NCBI GenBank assembly: GCA_033720895.1
Contig: JAWWBS010000003.1
Coordinates: 3,791-67,790, forward strand
DNA from: Gammaproteobacteria bacterium
GTDB lineage: Bacteria; Pseudomonadota; Gammaproteobacteria; Natronospirales; JAJUFS01
Reading direction: 5' to 3'
DNA length: 64,000 nucleotides
This document shows positions 1 through 10,213 of this stretch, piece by piece. The notes beneath the pieces were generated by a model that saw nothing but the letters and a program-made list of their open reading frames with translations, made no database searches and was not told where the DNA came from. Position numbers and translations under genes: made by a program. Position 1 is the first letter of the stretch. Each line of letters begins with the position of its first letter.

Positions 1-196
1 CCGCCTCCAGCAGCGCACTGGCCAGCGCGGGCCGGTCGGGCACGGGCACGCCAAGTACAGCAAGACTGCCTTCAAGGCGTGCCAGGTGCCGCTCGAGCAA
101 GGGCAGCCCGCCATTGACCACGCGCATGGTTTCGAACACGCCGTCACCGTACAGCAGGCCGCGATCGAACTCGCTGACATCACCCGTAAGCTTCAT
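1..196 (-). CDS. pabC: aminodeoxychorismate lyase / fold-type IV PLP enzyme, N-terminal part (gene runs off the window start)
   Basis: My own translation from the ATG at 196 gives MKLTGDVSEFDRGLLYGDGVFETMRVVNGGLPLLERHLARLEGSLAVLG. The DRGxxYGDGxFET motif is the class IV aminotransferase/PabC N-terminal signature. The start overlaps the pabB stop as ATGA. It is absent from the ORF track because it is truncated. Confidence 0.6.
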   Translation of the reverse strand, partial: MKLTGDVSEFDRGLLYGDGVFETMRVVNGGLPLLERHLARLEGSLAVLGVPVPDRPALASALLEA

Positions 197-1554
197 CCCG
201 TTTCACCCGTCAATGCACGCACCAGGCCTTTTGCCTTGGCCCGTGTCTCTTCCAGTTCGTTTTCCGGTATGGAATCGAAGACCGTACCACCGCCGGCCCG
301 AAACCGGATCTTGCGCTCGTCACGGATCATGGTGCGAATCAATATGTTCAGGTCGAGGCTGCCATCGCGATTCAGGTAACCCAGCGAGCCGGTGTAGGCA
401 CTGCGCGCACCCTGCTCCAGTTCACTGATGATCTCCATGCAGCGCACCTTGGGGCAACCGGTTATGGTGCCGCCGGGGAAGGTCGCTGCAATCGTTTCAC
501 CCGGCGTCACACCTGCGCGCAGTCGTGCCCGCACGTTGGAAACAATGTGATGCACATGGGCGTAGGTCTCGAGCACCATCAATTCGTTGACTTCGACCGA
601 GCCCGGTTCGGCAATGCGGCCGAGATCGTTACGCTCCAGGTCGATCAGCATGATGTGTTCCGCTCGCTCCTTCGGATGACCGATCAGCTCGCGCGTCAAT
701 GCCGCGTCTTCATCGGCATCGGCACCGCGCGGGCGCGTGCCGGCAATCGGGCGGGTCTGGACCGTGCCCCGCCGCGACTCGACCAGGCGTTCCGGTGACG
801 ACGACATGATCGCCTGCGCGCCAAACGTTGCCAGCGCGTTGTACGGCCCCGGGTTTGCCTTGCGCAAGCGGTCATAGATGTCGGCGTGCCTGACATCCTT
901 CCCCAGTTCCGCCTCCCACAAGCGCGAGAGGTTCGCCTGGAAGATGTCGCCATCGATGATGTAACGAATGGTTCGCTTCACGGCTGCGAGGTAGCGTGCC
1001 GGATCCTCTTCCCGCAGGCCGACGATATCCAGTCCGCAAGGCTCGAAGGCCGCCGCACCCGCTACATCCTGTCGCATCTCGTCCAGCAAGGCTTCTTGCC
1101 CTTCCTCGGCCAGGCAGTAAGTTGCCCCATCGACCTGGTCGATGATGATGGCCGCCGGGATGCGCTGTGCAACCGCGATCGGCAAGTCGTCCGGCGGCGT
1201 CAGTTGCAGCTTGGGTTCGATTTCCTTTGCCAGCTCGTAGCCGAGATACACGAACCAGCCGCCCGCGAAAGGCAGGGTTGTAGCGTCCGATCCCTCGACA
1301 GCGAGTTCTGCCTGCCATGCATCCAGTGCGGAAAGGAAACTGCCGGCATCCGAATGCGGGCCGCTCAGCTGCCAGTGCCTGTCGAGCACCAGGGACTCGG
1401 CGGGAAAGGCGAACAGGATGTCGTAACGACCTTGCTGGCCGTCGACCGCCGTGCTTTGCAGGAGATGCGGGTAGCGAGAGGGACTGGCTGCCTGCAATGC
1501 CAAGAGGTCCGGCATCGCAGGCAGCTGTTCGATCTTGAAGCGAGGCTTGCTCAC
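193..1554 (-). CDS. pabB: aminodeoxychorismate synthase component I (chorismate-binding enzyme)
   Basis: 453-aa ORF with a TrpE/PabB-type C-terminal core (PGPYNALATF, PGGTITGCPKVRCMEII, RSAYTGSLGYL). GTG start. It is followed by pabC with overlapping stop and start. Confidence 0.85.
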   Translation of the reverse strand: MSKPRFKIEQLPAMPDLLALQAASPSRYPHLLQSTAVDGQQGRYDILFAFPAESLVLDRHWQLSGPHSDAGSFLSALDAWQAELAVEGSDATTLPFAGGWFVYLGYELAKEIEPKLQLTPPDDLPIAVAQRIPAAIIIDQVDGATYCLAEEGQEALLDEMRQDVAGAAAFEPCGLDIVGLREEDPARYLAAVKRTIRYIIDGDIFQANLSRLWEAELGKDVRHADIYDRLRKANPGPYNALATFGAQAIMSSSPERLVESRRGTVQTRPIAGTRPRGADADEDAALTRELIGHPKERAEHIMLIDLERNDLGRIAEPGSVEVNELMVLETYAHVHHIVSNVRARLRAGVTPGETIAATFPGGTITGCPKVRCMEIISELEQGARSAYTGSLGYLNRDGSLDLNILIRTMIRDERKIRFRAGGGTVFDSIPENELEETRAKAKGLVRALTGETG

Positions 1555-1576
1555 GCCCGCCTGCCGACGCGTCGCG

Positions 1577-2818
1577 TCAGACCTTGCGGAAAATCAGGGT
1601 GCCGTTGGTGCCCCCGAATCCGAAGGAATTCGACATGGCGATATCGATGTTCATCTCGCGTGCGGAACCCGGCACGTAGTCCAGGTCGCAACCCTCGTCG
1701 GGATTGTCGAGGTTGATGGTCGGCGGAGCGATGTTGTCGCGAACCGCAAGCGCAGAGAACACCGCTTCGACACCACCCGCTGCACCCAGCAGGTGACCGG
1801 TCATCGACTTGGTCGAGCTGACGGCCAGCTTGTCGGCGTGCGAACCGAAAGCGCGGCGAATCGCGATGGTTTCACCCTTGTCGCCAACCTGCGTCGAGGT
1901 GCCGTGGGCATTGATGTAATCCACGTCTTCCGGCTTGATGCCGGCATCCGCCATGGCATTGCTCATGCACTGGCGCGCACCTTCACCGTCATCCGGTGGC
2001 GAGGTGATGTGATGCGCATCGCCGCTCATGCCGAAGCCGACGAGTTCGCAATAGATCTTCGCACCGCGCGCCTTGGCATGTTCGTACTCTTCCATGATCA
2101 GCACGCCCGCACCGTCAGACAGCACGAAGCCGTCACGATCCTTGTCCCAGGGACGCGATGCCTTCTCGGGTTCGTCATTGCGGGTCGACAGTGCACGCGC
2201 GGCACAGAAGCCGCCAATGCCCAGCGTCGTGGTCGCATGCTCGGCGCCACCGGCGACCATGATATCGGCATCGCCGTAGGCGATCGTGCGCGCGGCAAGG
2301 CCAATGCTGTGGGTCGCCGTGGTGCAGGCAGTGACAACGGAAAGGTTCGGACCGCGCAGGCCATACATGATCGACAGGTTGCCGGAGATCATATTGATGA
2401 TGCTGCCTGGCACGAAGAACGGCGATACCTTCTTCGGACCATCGTGCTTTTCGATCAGCAGCGAATTCTGCTCGATGGATTCGAGACCACCGATGCCCGC
2501 ACCGACGATGGCACCGATGCGGTGCGCGTTGTCTTCGGTGACTTCGAAACCGGAATCCCTGACTGCCTGTATCGAGGCTGCCATGCCGTAATGGATGAAG
2601 GCATCCATGCGTCGCGCTTCTTTCGGCGAAAGGTATTCGCCAATGTCGAAGTCCCGGACTTCACCGGCAATGCGGGTCGGGTAGTTCGACGGGTCGAACA
2701 GCGTGATCGGCCCGATGCCGCTGTTCCCGGCCTTGATGTTCTCCCAGGCTGCATCCACCGAATTGCCCACCGGCGAGACGATACCCAGGCCTGTAACGAC
2801 GACACGACGCTTCGACAC
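1577..2818 (-). CDS. fabF: beta-ketoacyl-ACP synthase II
   Basis: 413 aa. KAS II hallmarks are present: RRVVVTGLG, the active-site Cys context [24 protein letters not shown] and [12 protein letters not shown]. It sits downstream of acpP as in the canonical fab cluster. Confidence 0.95.
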   Translation of the reverse strand: MSKRRVVVTGLGIVSPVGNSVDAAWENIKAGNSGIGPITLFDPSNYPTRIAGEVRDFDIGEYLSPKEARRMDAFIHYGMAASIQAVRDSGFEVTEDNAHRIGAIVGAGIGGLESIEQNSLLIEKHDGPKKVSPFFVPGSIINMISGNLSIMYGLRGPNLSVVTACTTATHSIGLAARTIAYGDADIMVAGGAEHATTTLGIGGFCAARALSTRNDEPEKASRPWDKDRDGFVLSDGAGVLIMEEYEHAKARGAKIYCELVGFGMSGDAHHITSPPDDGEGARQCMSNAMADAGIKPEDVDYINAHGTSTQVGDKGETIAIRRAFGSHADKLAVSSTKSMTGHLLGAAGGVEAVFSALAVRDNIAPPTINLDNPDEGCDLDYVPGSAREMNIDIAMSNSFGFGGTNGTLIFRKV

Positions 2819-2860
2819 GTTGCACCTCGAAAAGGATTTGTCAGAATTTTTACAAACGCC

Positions 2861-2898
2861 AGAAAAGGCAAAGCCGTTGCCGCCGAAGCGACAACGGC
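2861..2898 (-). terminator. putative rho-independent terminator/attenuator after acpP
   Basis: On the minus strand, GCCGTTGTCGCTTCGGCGGCAACGGC forms a hairpin (2873..2898) and is followed by TTTGCCTTTTCT. It lies between acpP and fabF. Confidence 0.45.
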
Positions 2899-2919
2899 AT
2901 CAATTCACACGCAGCGCGA

Positions 2920-3162
2920 TCAATTGTCGCCGAGGTGCTCGTTGATGTAATCGTTTGCCTGCTTCACCGTCGTGATCTTCTCGGCATCTTCGTCAGGAAT
3001 TTCGCATTCGAATTCCTCTTCCAGTGCCATCACCAGTTCAACGGTGTCCAGCGAATCCGCACCCAGGTCGTCGACGAAGGAAGCTTCCGGCTTTACTTCT
3101 TCTTCCTTGACGCCCAGCTGTTCGATGACGATCTTCTTAACACGTTCTTCAACGCTGCTCAT
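2920..3162 (-). CDS. acpP: acyl carrier protein
   Basis: 80 aa with the phosphopantetheine attachment motif [20 protein letters not shown]. Confidence 0.97.
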   Translation of the reverse strand: MSSVEERVKKIVIEQLGVKEEEVKPEASFVDDLGADSLDTVELVMALEEEFECEIPDEDAEKITTVKQANDYINEHLGDN

Positions 3163-3336
3163 GACTTGTCAGTCCTCCAATGTTTACCCCACGGCGCTGC
3201 GGAAAAACGGGTTGCAACACCACTGCGGCGGGTATTGTAGTGAAAAGGTTCCGGCCATGCCACAAACGGCCGTTTGAATCTTCCCGGGGCCTTGATTTGA
3301 AAGGAAATCAGTGCTTCCAAGGCCCCATCCTGCCTG

Positions 3337-4080
3337 TTACGGCATGTACATGCCACCATTGACGTTGATGGTCTCGCCCGTGATGTAGCCGGCGCCCGGT
3401 CCCGCCAGGAACAGCACCGCCTGGGCGATGTCATCCGGGCTGCCAAGGCGCTCCAACGGCACCTGCGACAGCATGGCCTTGCGCGACTCTTCCGGCAATT
3501 CCTTGGTCATGTCGGTATCGATGAAGCCCGGCGCCACCACATTGACCGTGATGCCACGCGAACCGATCTCGCGGGCCATGGACTTGGTGAAGCCGACGAT
3601 GCCCGCCTTGGCGGCGCAGTAATTGGCCTGCCCGGGGTTGCCGATCAGGCCCACCACGGAAGCGATATTGATGATCCGGCCCTTCTTCGCCTTCATCATG
3701 CCGCGCATCACACCCTTCGACAGGCGGAAAATCGAGCTGAGGTTGGTCTGGATGACCGCGTCCCACTCGTCGTCCTTCATGCGCATCAGCAGGTTGTCGC
3801 GCGTGATGCCGGCATTGTTGACCAGGATGGTCGGCGTGCCGAACTTCTCGGTCGCCGCTTTCAGGAACTCGGCAATGGAATCCGCTTCGCTGACATTCAG
3901 CACCAGGCCACCGCCCTCGATACCCGCCGACTTGAAGTGCTCGTCGATGCCGGCGGCACCCTTGTCGCTGGTCGCCGTGCCGACGACCGTGGCGCCCGCT
4001 TTGCCCAGCGCTTCGGCAATCGATTTGCCAATGCCGCGCGAGGCGCCGGTGACGATAGCGATTTCTCCGTTAAGGCTCAT
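3337..4080 (-). CDS. fabG: 3-oxoacyl-ACP reductase (SDR)
   Basis: 247 aa with TGASRGIGKSIA (NAD(P) binding), NNAG and the YCAAKAG catalytic motif. It lies between fabD and acpP. Confidence 0.95.
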   Translation of the reverse strand: MSLNGEIAIVTGASRGIGKSIAEALGKAGATVVGTATSDKGAAGIDEHFKSAGIEGGGLVLNVSEADSIAEFLKAATEKFGTPTILVNNAGITRDNLLMRMKDDEWDAVIQTNLSSIFRLSKGVMRGMMKAKKGRIINIASVVGLIGNPGQANYCAAKAGIVGFTKSMAREIGSRGITVNVVAPGFIDTDMTKELPEESRKAMLSQVPLERLGSPDDIAQAVLFLAGPGAGYITGETINVNGGMYMP

Positions 4081-4097
4081 GTTCTTTCCCCGTTGTT

Positions 4098-5033
4098 TCA
4101 GCTAGTGGCTTCGATGGCCTTGGCCAGCGAATCCGAATCGATCAGTGCGACCACATCCATGCCACGCTCGATGCGGCGATTGAGGCCGGCCAGCACCTTG
4201 CCCGGACCACATTCGACCAGGCCCGTGACTCCCCGGGCCGACATGGCCTGTACCGTCTCCACCCAGCGAACCGGGCTGTGGAGCTGGGCTACCAGCGCGG
4301 CGCGAATGCCGTCCGCATCAGCGTGTTCCGCCACATCCACATTGTGGATGACTGGAATGCTTGGCGCCTGGATGCTGACATCCTTCAATCGCTCGGCCAG
4401 CGCATCGGCTGCCGGCTGCATCAGGGCACAGTGCGACGGTGCGCTGACGGCCAGCGGAATGGCGCGCTTGGCACCCGCTTCCTTGGCCAGCTCGACGGCG
4501 CGATCCACGGCTGCCTTGTTGCCCGCGATCACGACCTGCCCGGGTGCGTTGAAGTTCACCGCACTTACCACCTGGCCCTCTGCCGCCTTGTCGCAGACCT
4601 CGCGCACTGCATCGTCATCCAGGCCCAGGATGGCCGCCATCGCGCCCTCACCGGCCGGTACGGCGTCCTGCATGGCTTTGCCGCGGAATTCGACCAGCTT
4701 GATGGCATCGGCGAAATCCATGGCGCCGGCGCAGACCAATGCCGTGTATTCGCCCAGCGAATGGCCCGCCATGAAGCTCGGGCGGAATTCGGACTGGCCA
4801 CTGAACACCCGCCAGGTGGCCACACCGGCCGCCAGCAAGGCAGGCTGGGTTACTTCAGTGGAATTAAGTTTCTCTTCCGGGCCCTCCTGGCATACCTGCC
4901 AGAGGTCGTAGCCCAGTGCCTCCGAGGCGGCATCAAAAGTCTCTTTGACCACGGCGTGGTCGGCAGCCAGATCGGCCAGCATGCCGAGGCTTTGCGAGCC
5001 CTGTCCCGGGAAGACGAATGCGTAAGACATCAA
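4098..5033 (-). CDS. fabD: malonyl CoA-ACP transacylase
   Basis: 311 aa with FVFPGQGSQ and the active-site GHSLGEY motif. Confidence 0.95.
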   Translation of the reverse strand: MMSYAFVFPGQGSQSLGMLADLAADHAVVKETFDAASEALGYDLWQVCQEGPEEKLNSTEVTQPALLAAGVATWRVFSGQSEFRPSFMAGHSLGEYTALVCAGAMDFADAIKLVEFRGKAMQDAVPAGEGAMAAILGLDDDAVREVCDKAAEGQVVSAVNFNAPGQVVIAGNKAAVDRAVELAKEAGAKRAIPLAVSAPSHCALMQPAADALAERLKDVSIQAPSIPVIHNVDVAEHADADGIRAALVAQLHSPVRWVETVQAMSARGVTGLVECGPGKVLAGLNRRIERGMDVVALIDSDSLAKAIEATS

Positions 5034-5128
5034 ACACCCCTTCTCTTATTCAGTTCGATGTATTCCTGCCAGCGGCAGCGAAGCCGCGGATTATAACCGA
5101 GTCGCCGGCCAATTTCGGCCCATGGCAA

Positions 5129-5842
5129 TCAACTGTTGTCCTCATCGTGCCGTCCCGGAAGATCGTTACCAACTGGTCGACCCGCACGCCTGCCCTCGAC
5201 GGCAGCTACGATGAACCCCGCGATAAGACCTGCAACCCAGCCTGCCTGATGACCGGCAATGGCAACGGGCCCTTCGGCTAGCTCGGCAGTCATCGGCAAG
5301 GGACCTGCAAAATGCTCCCAAAGCACCTTGAGGGTCACCACGAACAGCACAGCTACCTTGATCCACGCGTCTTCGGCGTGCGGCGATTTGTCTTCTGACA
5401 ACCCCTCGTAAACAGCTGCAGCCACCAGCAAGCCATGCAGAAAGCCCGAGAGCCCCACGTACCAGTCGAAGGGCATTTCCAGGCCCAGCAGGATAGTCCC
5501 GGCCAACAGCAGGGTCGCCACCACCAGAGCCAGCCATTGCTTTGCACTGATGCCCGGGAACAAGACCGCAACCAGCAGCAAACCGAGCAGGTTCAGTCCT
5601 AGGTGGCTCCAGCCAAGGTGAACCAGCTGGCCGGTAACAAGCTGCCAGACCGCTCCCCCCCATATGGCCAGCGGCTCGAATCGCAGCACCACCTGCACTT
5701 CCGGGTTCCATTGGATCAGCGCGCTCAGGCCAATGGACAATGCTGCCAGCGCAAGCAGCGGCCAGCCAGATCGACGCAGCCAGTCACCCAGGGCTGTAAA
5801 TCCGTCGTTTAGCTTGTTCATGCGTCTGTCATTTCCCGCCAC
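5129..5842 (-). CDS. rrtA: rhombosortase (rhomboid-family intramembrane serine protease)
   Basis: Polytopic membrane ORF with WQLVTGQLVHLGWSHLGLNLLGL and the rhomboid catalytic GLSGFLHG (GxSG plus His). The start is uncertain: GTG at 5842 or ATG at 5821. Confidence 0.7.
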   Translation of the reverse strand: MAGNDRRMNKLNDGFTALGDWLRRSGWPLLALAALSIGLSALIQWNPEVQVVLRFEPLAIWGGAVWQLVTGQLVHLGWSHLGLNLLGLLLVAVLFPGISAKQWLALVVATLLLAGTILLGLEMPFDWYVGLSGFLHGLLVAAAVYEGLSEDKSPHAEDAWIKVAVLFVVTLKVLWEHFAGPLPMTAELAEGPVAIAGHQAGWVAGLIAGFIVAAVEGRRAGRPVGNDLPGRHDEDNS

Positions 5843-5929
5843 AAATCAATGGCTTTCATTGTGTATCATCGGCCGGTCAGGTGCTGTAGCACCTCCCGAT
5901 TACCCGAATTCGAAACCAGAGAGTAACCG

Positions 5930-6370
5930 ATGAACAAGCAGTCGCAGCAAGGCTTTACCCTGATGGAAGTGATGGTCGTGGTGGTCATCCTTGGCATCCT
6001 GGCCGCGGTGGTCATTCCGCGTATTGCCGACAACCCGGGCAAGGCGCGTGTCGTAAAAGCCAATTCGGACATCCGCCAGCTGGAATCTGCCCTCAATCTC
6101 TACCGCCTGGACAACTTCCAGTACCCGAGCACCGACCAGGGCCTGCAGGCACTGGTCTCCAAGCCCAGCGGCTCGCCGGAACCCCGCAATTACCAGGCCG
6201 GTGGCTACATCGAGCGCCTGCCCAAGGATCCCTGGGGCAATGCCTATGAATACCTGAACCCGGGCCGCCATGGCAGCATCGACATCTACTCCCTGGGCGC
6301 CGATGGCAAGCCGGGCGGTGAAGGTGAAGCCGCCGATATCGGCAACTGGGATCCGGAAGAATCCAACTGA
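5930..6370 (+). CDS. gspG: type II secretion major pseudopilin
   Basis: 146 aa. It has the prepilin leader plus QQGFTLMEVMVVVVILGILAA, and the conserved GspG core DPWGNAYEYLNPGRHGSIDIYSLGADGKPGGEG. Confidence 0.95.
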   Translation: MNKQSQQGFTLMEVMVVVVILGILAAVVIPRIADNPGKARVVKANSDIRQLESALNLYRLDNFQYPSTDQGLQALVSKPSGSPEPRNYQAGGYIERLPKDPWGNAYEYLNPGRHGSIDIYSLGADGKPGGEGEAADIGNWDPEESN

Positions 6371-6374
6371 TCCG

Positions 6375-6980
6375 ATGAACGCTCAGCGCGGCTTCACGCT
6401 GCTGGAACTGCTGGTTGTCATGGTATTGATGGCCGTGCTGTCGGCAGCGGCCATGTCCACGATCAACTACGCCTTTGACGAGGACACGGCTGAACGCCAC
6501 TCGGCCCGCCTGGCGCAGTTGATCACACTGGCTGCGGAAGAGGCATTGCTGACGGGCAAGGAAATGGGCCTGCGGATCGAGGATCGACGCTACAGCTTCT
6601 ATCGCCTGGACGAACGGGCCGGCCAGTGGGTGCCACTGGACGACCAGAAGCTGTTCGTCCCCCGGAGCTTGCCAGATCACCTGGCACTCGAGGTCAGCGT
6701 AGAAGGCAATGTCACCGACCTGTCCGGCAGGAGTGCCGACGATGACACCGCTGCCGATCCGGGCATCGATGCCGATCCCGAAACGCCAACAGCCACGGGC
6801 AAGGATGGCGCACCCGCGGCGACCAGCGATCCGGAGCAGGCACCCCAAGTGCTGTTCTTCTCCAGCGGCCAGACCACCCCTTTCACCCTGCGGGTACGGG
6901 ACCAGCGCGATGACCAGGAGTGGTCGCTGGACGTCGACCTGCTGGGCCGCGTGGAACGCCAGCAGCAGGACGAATTCTAG
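6375..6980 (+). CDS. gspH: type II secretion minor pseudopilin H
   Basis: The in-frame ATG at 6375 gives MNAQRGFTLLELLVVMVLMAVL, a prepilin-type N-terminus. The upstream part of the ORF-track entry starting at 6270 overlaps gspG. The gene is placed after gspG. Confidence 0.85.
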   Translation: MNAQRGFTLLELLVVMVLMAVLSAAAMSTINYAFDEDTAERHSARLAQLITLAAEEALLTGKEMGLRIEDRRYSFYRLDERAGQWVPLDDQKLFVPRSLPDHLALEVSVEGNVTDLSGRSADDDTAADPGIDADPETPTATGKDGAPAATSDPEQAPQVLFFSSGQTTPFTLRVRDQRDDQEWSLDVDLLGRVERQQQDEF

Positions 6981-7403
6981 ATGAGCGCTGGACGGCAAGG
7001 CGGTTTCACCTTGATGGAAGTGCTGGTCGCGCTGACCGTGATTGCGGTGGCCCTGGCTGCACTGATTTCCGAGACCGGTCGTGCCGCTCGCGGCGCGGGT
7101 GACATGAAACTGAAAACCTATGCCAACTGGGTCGCTGCCAACCAGCTGGCGGAGATTCGCTTGCAGCCCGGCTGGGCCGATACGGGCCGCCGCAGCGGCG
7201 AGGTGGTCATGGGACAGCCCGACAGGCGCTGGTACTGGTGGGCGGAAATCAGCAGCACGCAGGACAATGACCTGCGTCGCATCGATGTCTATGTCAGCCA
7301 CCTTGAGGATCGCCGGGAGGGCTCGCTGGTGCTGCTGACCGGCTATGAAGCCCGCCCCACCGCCAATCCGGGCGCATCGAGTGCCGAGAGCGCGACGCCA
7401 TGA
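6981..7403 (+). CDS. gspI: type II secretion minor pseudopilin I
   Basis: 140 aa starting MSAGRQGGFTLMEVLVALTVIAVALAALI. Its stop overlaps the gspJ start as ATGA. Confidence 0.88.
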   Translation: MSAGRQGGFTLMEVLVALTVIAVALAALISETGRAARGAGDMKLKTYANWVAANQLAEIRLQPGWADTGRRSGEVVMGQPDRRWYWWAEISSTQDNDLRRIDVYVSHLEDRREGSLVLLTGYEARPTANPGASSAESATP

Positions 7404-8029
7404 GCGCGAATCGCAATGACAACCGGGGCTTCACGCTGCTGGAAATGCTGGTTGCGACGGCGGTGTTTGCCCTGCTGGCCGCCATGGCCTACGGCGGCCT
7501 GAATGCCATGATCCGGCAGAAGGAAATCACCGAGGCTTCCCAGCAGGAACTGGCGGATTTTCGTCGCGCCATCACCCTCCTGGAACGTGACCTGGCCCAG
7601 GTTCAGGCCCGGCCGATTCGCGATGCCGTGTCCGGCCAGCCGGTCCCCGCGCTGACCGGCGGCGTGGCCGGCTTCTGGGCCATCGAGCTGACCCGCGGCG
7701 GCTGGCGCAATCCTGCCGGCCTGCAACGCAGTACCCTGCAACGGGTCGCCTGGAGCCTGGAAGGTGGCGAACTGGTGCGCCTCTCCTGGCCGGTGCTCGA
7801 CCAGGCCCAGGATGCCACGCCCTTGCGCGTCGTCGTGCTGGAGGATGTCGAGGCGCTCGACTTCCGTTACCTCGATGCCGGCAACGAGTGGCAGGAGCAA
7901 TGGCCATCCATCAATTCCCCCAGCGGCAATGTCCTCGAAATCGAAGAGACCCTGCCGCTGGCGATCGAATTCCGTCTGCAGCGGGACAACGGGGAATTCG
8001 TACGACGCCTGTTGGAGCTCTCGCAATGA
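7400..8029 (+). CDS. gspJ: type II secretion minor pseudopilin J
   Basis: 209 aa with NRGFTLLEMLVATAVFALLAAMAYGGL. Its stop overlaps the gspK start. Confidence 0.88.
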   Translation: MSANRNDNRGFTLLEMLVATAVFALLAAMAYGGLNAMIRQKEITEASQQELADFRRAITLLERDLAQVQARPIRDAVSGQPVPALTGGVAGFWAIELTRGGWRNPAGLQRSTLQRVAWSLEGGELVRLSWPVLDQAQDATPLRVVVLEDVEALDFRYLDAGNEWQEQWPSINSPSGNVLEIEETLPLAIEFRLQRDNGEFVRRLLELSQ

Positions 8030-8970
8030 CGCACCTGGCCTTTTCGCACAGGCAGGAAGGCAGCGCCCTGGTAATCGCGCTGGTCATTGTCGCCATTGCC
8101 ACCTTGCTCGCCACCTCGATCATGTGGTCCAACCACCTCGACCAACGGCGGCTGGAGATCCAGTTGCACGGTGAGCAGGCATGGCAATACGCACTGGGTG
8201 CCGAAAGCTGGACCGGCTTCCTGCTGTCACGCGAGGATGCCGAGGTCGATCACCTGCAGGAACCCTGGGCCACCGAGAACCTGGTCCTGCCTGTCGAGGG
8301 CGGCTTCATCGAAGGACAGCTGAGCGACCTGCAGTCGAGGTTCAATCTCAACAACCTGGTGGATGCCGAGGACAACGTCCGCCAGGAGCAACTGGATATT
8401 TTCCGTCGCCTGCTGGCCAACCTGGCACTCGATCCCATCATTGCCGACGCTACCGTCGACTGGCTGGATCGCAACATCGACCCCAATGGTTTCAATGGTG
8501 CCGAGGACGCGCTGTACACCCGTTACCAGCCCGCCTACCGCACGGCCAACCGCCCGATGCATTCCATCAGCGAACTGCGCCTGGTCAATGGCATGACGGC
8601 CGAGCAGTTCCAGTTGATCGAGCCCTTTGTCGCCGCCCTGCCAGTGCGCGTCGACGAAAACAGCATCACCCGCATCAATCTCAACACGGCACCTGCCGAG
8701 CTGCTCGCAGCCCTGTCGGACGAGCTGACGGTGCAGGATGCCGAGTCGCTGGTACAGGCCCGCATGCAGGCTCCGTTCAGCCAGGTATCGGAAGCCGAGA
8801 ACATCGTGGGACAACAACGCCTGCCTCAGGACGCGGTATCCGTGAACAGCAACTACTTCCGCTTGCGTACCCTGGTCGGCGTTGGCTCTGTGGAAATCTC
8901 GCTGTACAGTGTGCTCGAGCGGCGCAACGACGGGACGCGCGTGGTTCGCCACAGCCGCGGCACACTCTAG
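8026..8970 (+). CDS. gspK: type II secretion minor pseudopilin K
   Basis: The in-frame ATG at 8026 gives MTHLAFSHRQEGSALVIALVIVAIATLLA. GspK-type helix-hairpin-helix region INLNTAPAELLAAL is present. Operon position fits. Confidence 0.85.
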   Translation: MTHLAFSHRQEGSALVIALVIVAIATLLATSIMWSNHLDQRRLEIQLHGEQAWQYALGAESWTGFLLSREDAEVDHLQEPWATENLVLPVEGGFIEGQLSDLQSRFNLNNLVDAEDNVRQEQLDIFRRLLANLALDPIIADATVDWLDRNIDPNGFNGAEDALYTRYQPAYRTANRPMHSISELRLVNGMTAEQFQLIEPFVAALPVRVDENSITRINLNTAPAELLAALSDELTVQDAESLVQARMQAPFSQVSEAENIVGQQRLPQDAVSVNSNYFRLRTLVGVGSVEISLYSVLERRNDGTRVVRHSRGTL

Positions 8971-8992
8971 GGAAGAGGAACGAAACACACCC

Positions 8993-10213
8993 ATGGCCGA
9001 ACACCTGATCATATGGCTGGATGACGAATTGCCGACACGCGAGTCGCCGGCACGCTGGCTGGTGCTCGACGGCCAGGGCAACCGGGTCGGCCATCCCCAG
9101 CAAGGTCCGCTCGATGCAGCCGCATCACTCGCCGAGCAACGCCGGGTGGTGGTGTTGCTGCATGGCGAATCATTGCTGCTGCTGACCGCCAGCATTCCCG
9201 GTCGCAATCGCAACACCATACTCAAAGCCATTCCCTATGCACTCGAAGACCGGCTTGCAGAAGACATCGAAACGCTGCATTTCGCCTTGCTGGGCAAGGC
9301 TGAAGATGACCGTCACACGGTGCTTGTCGGGAATCGCAAGTGGCTTGCTGCCAGGCTCGATGCGCTCCGCGAGGCTGGCATCCAGGCCGATGCGTTGCTG
9401 CCGGACTATCTTGCCCTGCCCGCACCGGCAACGGGCGAGTCGGCGGTGGTCAGTCGCGAACGCCTGTTGGTGAGACTCGCGGATGGCCATGGTTTCGCCG
9501 CGCCACTGGACTACCTGGATGCCGTCTGGACCGATACTGATACAGCACCGCAGGCACTGGAGGTCGAGGATCCGGCCGCCGACGGCGCGTCAGCGGAACA
9601 GGTCATCGCGAAACTGCCTGCCCGTTGGCAATCGCTTGTCGCTTCGATCAGCAGCGACCAGTTGCTGACCCGACTGGCACGCGAGGCGTGCAAGCTCGGA
9701 CCGGGACTGCTGCAGGGCGCGCTGGCCCGCAAGCGGGAAACCGCCGGCAAGCTCGCCGCATGGCGCCTGCCCGCTGCGCTGGCTGCATTGAGCCTGCTTG
9801 TTGCCACTGGCCTCTGGGGTGCAGATGTCTGGCGCCTGCAACAGGAAGCCGCCGCGCTCGAGGGCTACAGTGACACGCTGTATCGCCGCATCTTGCCCAA
9901 TGCACGTCCGACCGCCGACCCGCGAAGCCGTATCGAACCCCTGCTGGCAGGTGGCGATGACAGCGACCATACCGGCATCGCCATGATCAGCACCCTGGGA
10001 CTGGCCATGAACGACACTGCCGGCATCGAGTTGCAACAGATCAGCTACCGCAACAACCGGCTTGAAATCCGCGTCGTGGTGCCGACCGCAGAAACCCTTG
10101 AAACACTTCGCCAGTCACTGGAAGCCAGCTCCCCCTACCGCGTTGCCATCAGCTCGGCGAATGCCGAGGGCGAAGCGCTCGAGGGCCGCATGACCATGGA
10201 GGCAAGCCCATGA
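8993..10213 (+). CDS. gspL: type II secretion inner-membrane platform protein L
   Basis: The in-frame ATG at 8993 gives MAEHLIIWLDDE. About 406 aa with one central TM segment (LPAALAALSLLVATGLWG). The stop overlaps the gspM start as ATGA at 10210. Confidence 0.8.
   Translation: MAEHLIIWLDDELPTRESPARWLVLDGQGNRVGHPQQGPLDAAASLAEQRRVVVLLHGESLLLLTASIPGRNRNTILKAIPYALEDRLAEDIETLHFALLGKAEDDRHTVLVGNRKWLAARLDALREAGIQADALLPDYLALPAPATGESAVVSRERLLVRLADGHGFAAPLDYLDAVWTDTDTAPQALEVEDPAADGASAEQVIAKLPARWQSLVASISSDQLLTRLAREACKLGPGLLQGALARKRETAGKLAAWRLPAALAALSLLVATGLWGADVWRLQQEAAALEGYSDTLYRRILPNARPTADPRSRIEPLLAGGDDSDHTGIAMISTLGLAMNDTAGIELQQISYRNNRLEIRVVVPTAETLETLRQSLEASSPYRVAISSANAEGEALEGRMTMEASP

Noticed and set aside
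1535-2950. 471-aa plus-strand ORF covering the whole fabF locus
   Set aside because: It is antisense to a gene with unmistakable KAS II motifs. The translation is Arg/Ala/Gly-rich with no recognisable motif. This is a typical shadow ORF of high-GC DNA.
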